DNA of 64,000 bases. It comes from Leptolyngbyaceae cyanobacterium clean351. GTDB taxonomy: Bacteria; Cyanobacteriota; Cyanobacteriia; DAIDHW01. The notes below the pieces were generated by a model, which saw nothing but the letters and a program-made list of their open reading frames with translations, ran no database searches and was not told the DNA's origin. The position numbers and the translations under genes were made by a program. Each line of letters begins with the position of its first letter. The first letter of the stretch is position 1. The stretch is taken from the NCBI GenBank assembly GCA_027451865.1, contig DAIDHW010000001.1, positions 1,063,329-1,127,328 on the forward strand, written 5' to 3'. Of this stretch, positions 59,956-64,000 are shown one piece after another.

Positions 59956-62184
59956 TTAGCCGTACTTAGCAGCCGTAGAGGCAATCACAAAGGCGGCATA
60001 GGTGAGGACATAACCCACAGTGAAGTGAGCTAGACCCACAACCCGAGCTTGGACAATGGACAGGGCAACGGGCTTGTCCTTCCAACGAATCAAGTTAGCT
60101 AGAGGAGTGCGCTCGTGGGCCCAGACAAGGGTTTCAATCAACTCTTGCCAGTAGCCCCGCCAGGAGATCAGGAACATGAACCCAGTAGCCCAAGCCAAGT
60201 GACCAAGGAGGAACATCCAAGCCCACACAGACAAGTTGTTTACACCGTAGGGGCTGTAGCCATTGATCAGGGGACCAGAGTACTGCCAGAGGTAGTCGCG
60301 CAGCCAGCCCATGAGGTAGGTGGAGCTTTCGTTAAACTGAGCCACATTACCAGACCAGATGGACAGGTGCTTCCAATGGAAGTAAAAGGTGACCCAGCCG
60401 ATGGTGTTCAGCATCCAGAACATAGCCAGGTAGAAGGAGTCCCACGCTGAGATGTCGCAGGTGCCGCCCCGGCCAGGACCATCACAGGGGAAGGCATAGC
60501 CAAAGTCTTTCTTATCGGGCATGAGCTTGGAGCCACGGGCATCCAGAGCACCCTTCACCAGGACCAGAGTGGTGGTGTGCAGACCAAGGGCGATGGCGTG
60601 GTGGACTAGAAAGTCCCCAGGACCAATGGTCAGGAACAGGGAGTTAGTGCCGGCATTGATGGCATCTAGCCAGCCGGGCAGCCACACGTTGCCGTGGTTA
60701 GGCCAAGCGGTAGTGGCAATCGAATCCGGATTAGACAGGAGGGTATCAAAGCCGTAGAGGAGCTTCCCGTGGGCAGCCTGAATGAATTGGGCGAAGACCG
60801 GCTCAATCAGGATTTGCTTTTCGGGGGTGCCGAAGGCTACTACCACGTCATTGTGGACGTACAGGCCAAGGGTATGGAACCCAAGGAATAGGGAAACCCA
60901 GCTAAGGTGCGAGATAATTGCTTCCTTGTGCTGGAGCACCCGGTCAAGGACGTTGCCCTTGTTGGTTTCCGGATCGTAATCCCGCACCAGGAAGATAGCC
61001 CCGTGGGCAAAGGCCCCAACCATCAGAAACCCAGCAATGTACTGGTGATGGGTGTAGAGAGCAGACTGAGTGGTGAAGTCCTTAGCCATGAAGGCGTAGG
61101 GAGGCAGGGAATACATGTGCTGGGCTACCAGGGAGGCAGCCACCCCAAGACTGGCCAAGGCCAGAGCTAGTTGGAAGTGCAAGGAGTTGTTGACAGTCTC
61201 GTAGAGGCCCTGGTGAGGCAGGTTGAACTGACCTTCACTCTTGCCGCTGATCAGACCCTTTTTGGAGTCCAGCATCTCCTTGATGGAGTGACCGATCCCA
61301 AACTGGGTCCGGTACATATGGCCAGCCACAATGAAAATAACCGCAATGGCCAGGTGGTGGTGAGCCATATCCGTCAACCAGAGAGACTCGGTTTGCGGAT
61401 GGAACCCACCCAGGAAGGTGAGGATGGCGGTGCCGGCCCCTTGAGAGGTCCCAAACATGTGGCCCGCAGTATCCGGATTCTGGGCGTAGACTCCCCAGTT
61501 GAGACTGAAGAAGGGAGCCAGACCAGCCGGATGGGGAGGGGTGCTCAGGAAATTATCCCAACCCACGTGTTGTCCCCGAGATTCAGGGATGGCCACGTGG
61601 ACCAAGTGGCCTGTCCAAGCTAGGGAGCTGACTCCAAACAAACCCGCCAGGTGGTGGTTCAGTCGGCTTTCAGCGTTCTTAAACCAAGACAGGGAAGGCC
61701 GGAACTTGGGCTGCAGGTGGAGCCAGCCGGCAAACAGAAACACAGCAGAGAGGATTAGCAGGAACAGAGCCCCACTGTACAGCTCGCTGTTGGCACGCAT
61801 ACCGATCGTGTACCACCAGTGGTAGAGCCCAGAGTAGGAGATATCAACCGGGTAGGATGCTCCTGCTTGGGTGAAAGCATCTACAGCTGGCTTACCGAAC
61901 TGGGGGTCCCAAATCGCATGGGCGATGGGACTGACGTTGAGGGGGTCTTTGATCCACTGTTCAAAGTTACCTTGCCAGGCTACGTGGAATAGTAGGCCTG
62001 ATGCCCAGAGGAAGATAATCGCCAGGTGGCCGAAGTGGGAAGCAAAAATCTTTTGGTAAAGATTTTCCTCGGTCATACCATCGTGGCTTTCAAAGTCGTG
62101 GGCGGTGGCAATCGCATACCAGATCCGACGAGTAGTCGGGTCCTGAGCGAGTTCCTGGCTGAACTTGGGAAATTTATTCGCCAT
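59956..62184 (-). CDS. psaB: Photosystem I P700 apoprotein A2
   Basis: [18 protein letters not shown]...[13 protein letters not shown]...[21 protein letters not shown]. Confidence 0.99.
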   Translation of the reverse strand: MANKFPKFSQELAQDPTTRRIWYAIATAHDFESHDGMTEENLYQKIFASHFGHLAIIFLWASGLLFHVAWQGNFEQWIKDPLNVSPIAHAIWDPQFGKPAVDAFTQAGASYPVDISYSGLYHWWYTIGMRANSELYSGALFLLILSAVFLFAGWLHLQPKFRPSLSWFKNAESRLNHHLAGLFGVSSLAWTGHLVHVAIPESRGQHVGWDNFLSTPPHPAGLAPFFSLNWGVYAQNPDTAGHMFGTSQGAGTAILTFLGGFHPQTESLWLTDMAHHHLAIAVIFIVAGHMYRTQFGIGHSIKEMLDSKKGLISGKSEGQFNLPHQGLYETVNNSLHFQLALALASLGVAASLVAQHMYSLPPYAFMAKDFTTQSALYTHHQYIAGFLMVGAFAHGAIFLVRDYDPETNKGNVLDRVLQHKEAIISHLSWVSLFLGFHTLGLYVHNDVVVAFGTPEKQILIEPVFAQFIQAAHGKLLYGFDTLLSNPDSIATTAWPNHGNVWLPGWLDAINAGTNSLFLTIGPGDFLVHHAIALGLHTTTLVLVKGALDARGSKLMPDKKDFGYAFPCDGPGRGGTCDISAWDSFYLAMFWMLNTIGWVTFYFHWKHLSIWSGNVAQFNESSTYLMGWLRDYLWQYSGPLINGYSPYGVNNLSVWAWMFLLGHLAWATGFMFLISWRGYWQELIETLVWAHERTPLANLIRWKDKPVALSIVQARVVGLAHFTVGYVLTYAAFVIASTAAKYG

Positions 62185-62208
62185 AGGGATTTACAGGTCT
62201 CCTTGCCA

Positions 62209-64000
62209 TCATCCAATTGCGCCCATACGTGCTAGGAAGAATGCCCAAGTTGTGACAATCCCCCCTAACAAGTAGTGAGCTACACCTACGGCCCGGCCCT
62301 GAATAATACTCAGAGCGCGGGGCTGAATTGCTGGGGCAACCTTCAACTTGTTATGCGCCCAGACAATGGATTCGATCAACTCTTGCCAGTAGCCGCGGCC
62401 ACTAAACAGGAACATCAGACTAAAGGCCCAGACGAAGTGCGCCCCTAGGAACAGCAAGCCGTAGGCCGACAGAGCGGAGCCGTAGGAGTTGATCACCTGC
62501 GCAGCTTGGGCCCACAGGAAGTCTCGCAGCCAGCCGTTAATAGTGATCGCACTTTGGGCAAAGTTGCCGCCAGCTAGGTGAGACACAGTACCGTCTGCAT
62601 TCAGGGTACCCCAGACGTCGGACTGCATCTTCCAGCTGAAGTGGAAAATGACTACCGAGATGCAGTTGTACATCCAGAAGAGGCCGAGGAACACGTGGTC
62701 CCAACCAGACACTTGACAGGTACCACCACGGCCTGGGCCATCACAGGGGAACCGGAAGCCGAGATTACCCTTGTCAGGGATGAGGCGCGAGCTACGGGCA
62801 AACAGCACGCCCTTAAGCAGGATCAGGACTGTGACGTGGATGGTGAAGGCATGGATATGGTGGACCATAAAGTCTGCCGTCCCCAAGGTAATTGGCATCA
62901 TGGCCACTTTCCCAGCCACGGCCACCACATCACCGCCAAAGGCCACGCTAGCAGAGGCTAGGGCGTGGGGGGCAGTACCCCCAGGAGCCAGGGTGTGGAT
63001 GTGTTGGACCCATTGGGCAAACACCGGCTGCAGTTGAATGCCTGTATCGGAGAACATATCCTGGGGACGACCAAAGGCTCTCATGGTGTCGTTGTGCACA
63101 TACAGACCAAAGCTGTGGAAGCCAAGGAAAATGCACACCCAGTTTAAGTGAGAGATAATCGCATCCCGGTGCCGAATCACCCGGTCTAGAAGGTTGTTTT
63201 GATTCACTACCGGGTCGTAGTCACGGACCATAAAAATGGCGGCGTGGGCAGCAGCACCGGTAATAAATATCCCCCCTAACCACATATGGTGGGTAAACAG
63301 GGACAGTTGGGTGGAGTAATCCGTTGCCAGGTAAGGGTAGGGAGGCATGGAGTACATGTGCTGAGCAACAATGATGCTCAGAGAGCCTACCATGGCCAAG
63401 TTGATGGCCAGTTGGGCGTGCCAAGAGGTGGTGAGCACCTCGTAGAGACCCTTGTGACCCTCCCCAGTGAACGGCCCCTTATGGGCTTCAAGAATCTCCT
63501 TAATACTGTGGCCAATGCCCCAGTTAGTCCGGTACATGTGGCCGGCGATGATGAATAGGACTGCGATAGCCAGGTGGTGGTGGGCTTGGTCCGTCAGCCA
63601 GAGACTACCCGTGACCGGATTTAAGCCTCCCTTAAAGGTGAGAAAGTCAGAGTAGGCACCCCACTGGAAAGTAAAGAAAGGTACTAAACCCTTGGCAAAA
63701 CCGGGGTAAAGGTCACCCATCAACTTCGGGTTGAGGATGAATTCGTGGGGGAGAGGAATGTCCTTGACGGCCACCCCACTGTCTAGGAGCTTATTAATGG
63801 GCAAAGAGACATGAATCTGGTGTCCAGCCCATGCCAGGGAGCCCAAGCCAAACAGCCCAGCTAAGTGGTGGTTGAGCATAGACTCTACGTTTTGGAACCA
63901 CTCTAGCTTCGGAGCTCGCTTGTGGTAGTGGAACCACCCTGCAAACAGCATCAAGCCCGCCATCACCAAGCCGCCGATGGCAGTGACGTAGAGCTGGAAG
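62209..64000 (-). CDS. psaA: Photosystem I P700 apoprotein A1 (5' end runs off the window)
   Basis: The frame stays open to the window edge ([27 protein letters not shown]). [13 protein letters not shown] and [22 protein letters not shown] present. Confidence 0.99.
   Translation of the reverse strand, partial: FQLYVTAIGGLVMAGLMLFAGWFHYHKRAPKLEWFQNVESMLNHHLAGLFGLGSLAWAGHQIHVSLPINKLLDSGVAVKDIPLPHEFILNPKLMGDLYPGFAKGLVPFFTFQWGAYSDFLTFKGGLNPVTGSLWLTDQAHHHLAIAVLFIIAGHMYRTNWGIGHSIKEILEAHKGPFTGEGHKGLYEVLTTSWHAQLAINLAMVGSLSIIVAQHMYSMPPYPYLATDYSTQLSLFTHHMWLGGIFITGAAAHAAIFMVRDYDPVVNQNNLLDRVIRHRDAIISHLNWVCIFLGFHSFGLYVHNDTMRAFGRPQDMFSDTGIQLQPVFAQWVQHIHTLAPGGTAPHALASASVAFGGDVVAVAGKVAMMPITLGTADFMVHHIHAFTIHVTVLILLKGVLFARSSRLIPDKGNLGFRFPCDGPGRGGTCQVSGWDHVFLGLFWMYNCISVVIFHFSWKMQSDVWGTLNADGTVSHLAGGNFAQSAITINGWLRDFLWAQAAQVINSYGSALSAYGLLFLGAHFVWAFSLMFLFSGRGYWQELIESIVWAHNKLKVAPAIQPRALSIIQGRAVGVAHYLLGGIVTTWAFFLARMGAIG

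Noticed and set aside
848-63655. Numerous antisense or alternate-frame ORFs in the track (e.g. 848-1105, 7476-7949, 19310-19759, 23259-23735, 45590-46084, 57961-58449, 61171-61623)
   Set aside because: They lie wholly within well-supported genes and have no recognisable motifs. Such shadow ORFs are expected in GC-rich coding DNA.
59956-64000. FaRLiP (chlorophyll f) photosystem I cluster
   Set aside because: PsaA has ordinary motifs ([19 protein letters not shown]), and no psaL2/I2, apc, chlF or rfpABC genes lie downstream in the window.

Overview
Cyanobacterial chromosomal DNA, gene-dense and roughly 55-60% GC by eye. PsaA/PsaB resemble the Thermosynechococcus type as I recall it. Most of the window is recognisable housekeeping: sufR / ftrC-sufB-sufC with a perfect SufR box, clpS, glgP, era-txlA-CBS-ClC-ntcB operon, psrp3, sipA, pyrC', psb29, fbaA, ychF-deoC-recO-MFS-dgdA, tsaD, mltA, trmJ and psaAB. 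An accessory block at about 10.6-23 kb stands out. It holds (i) a catalytically dead M50-protease/HlyD fusion coupled to a pentapeptide-repeat gene, (ii) a five-gene minus-strand operon encoding an atypical Hsp70, a Zn-ribbon-TM-LysM protein, a membrane-anchored 1071-aa helical protein with recent 342-bp tandem repeats, a J-like protein lacking HPD and a GrpE-like protein, and (iii) an orphan Rieske oxygenase. The operon in (ii) is the best candidate for an uncharacterised system. Other oddities: a probable CTG start codon, an orphan TpsB with an altered loop-6 motif, unusual PsaB residues near the P700 donor-docking site, and enrichment of CTAG and TAG stops with near-absence of HIP1. No tRNA, rRNA, CRISPR array or IS element was seen. 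All family assignments come from motif recognition, not database searches.
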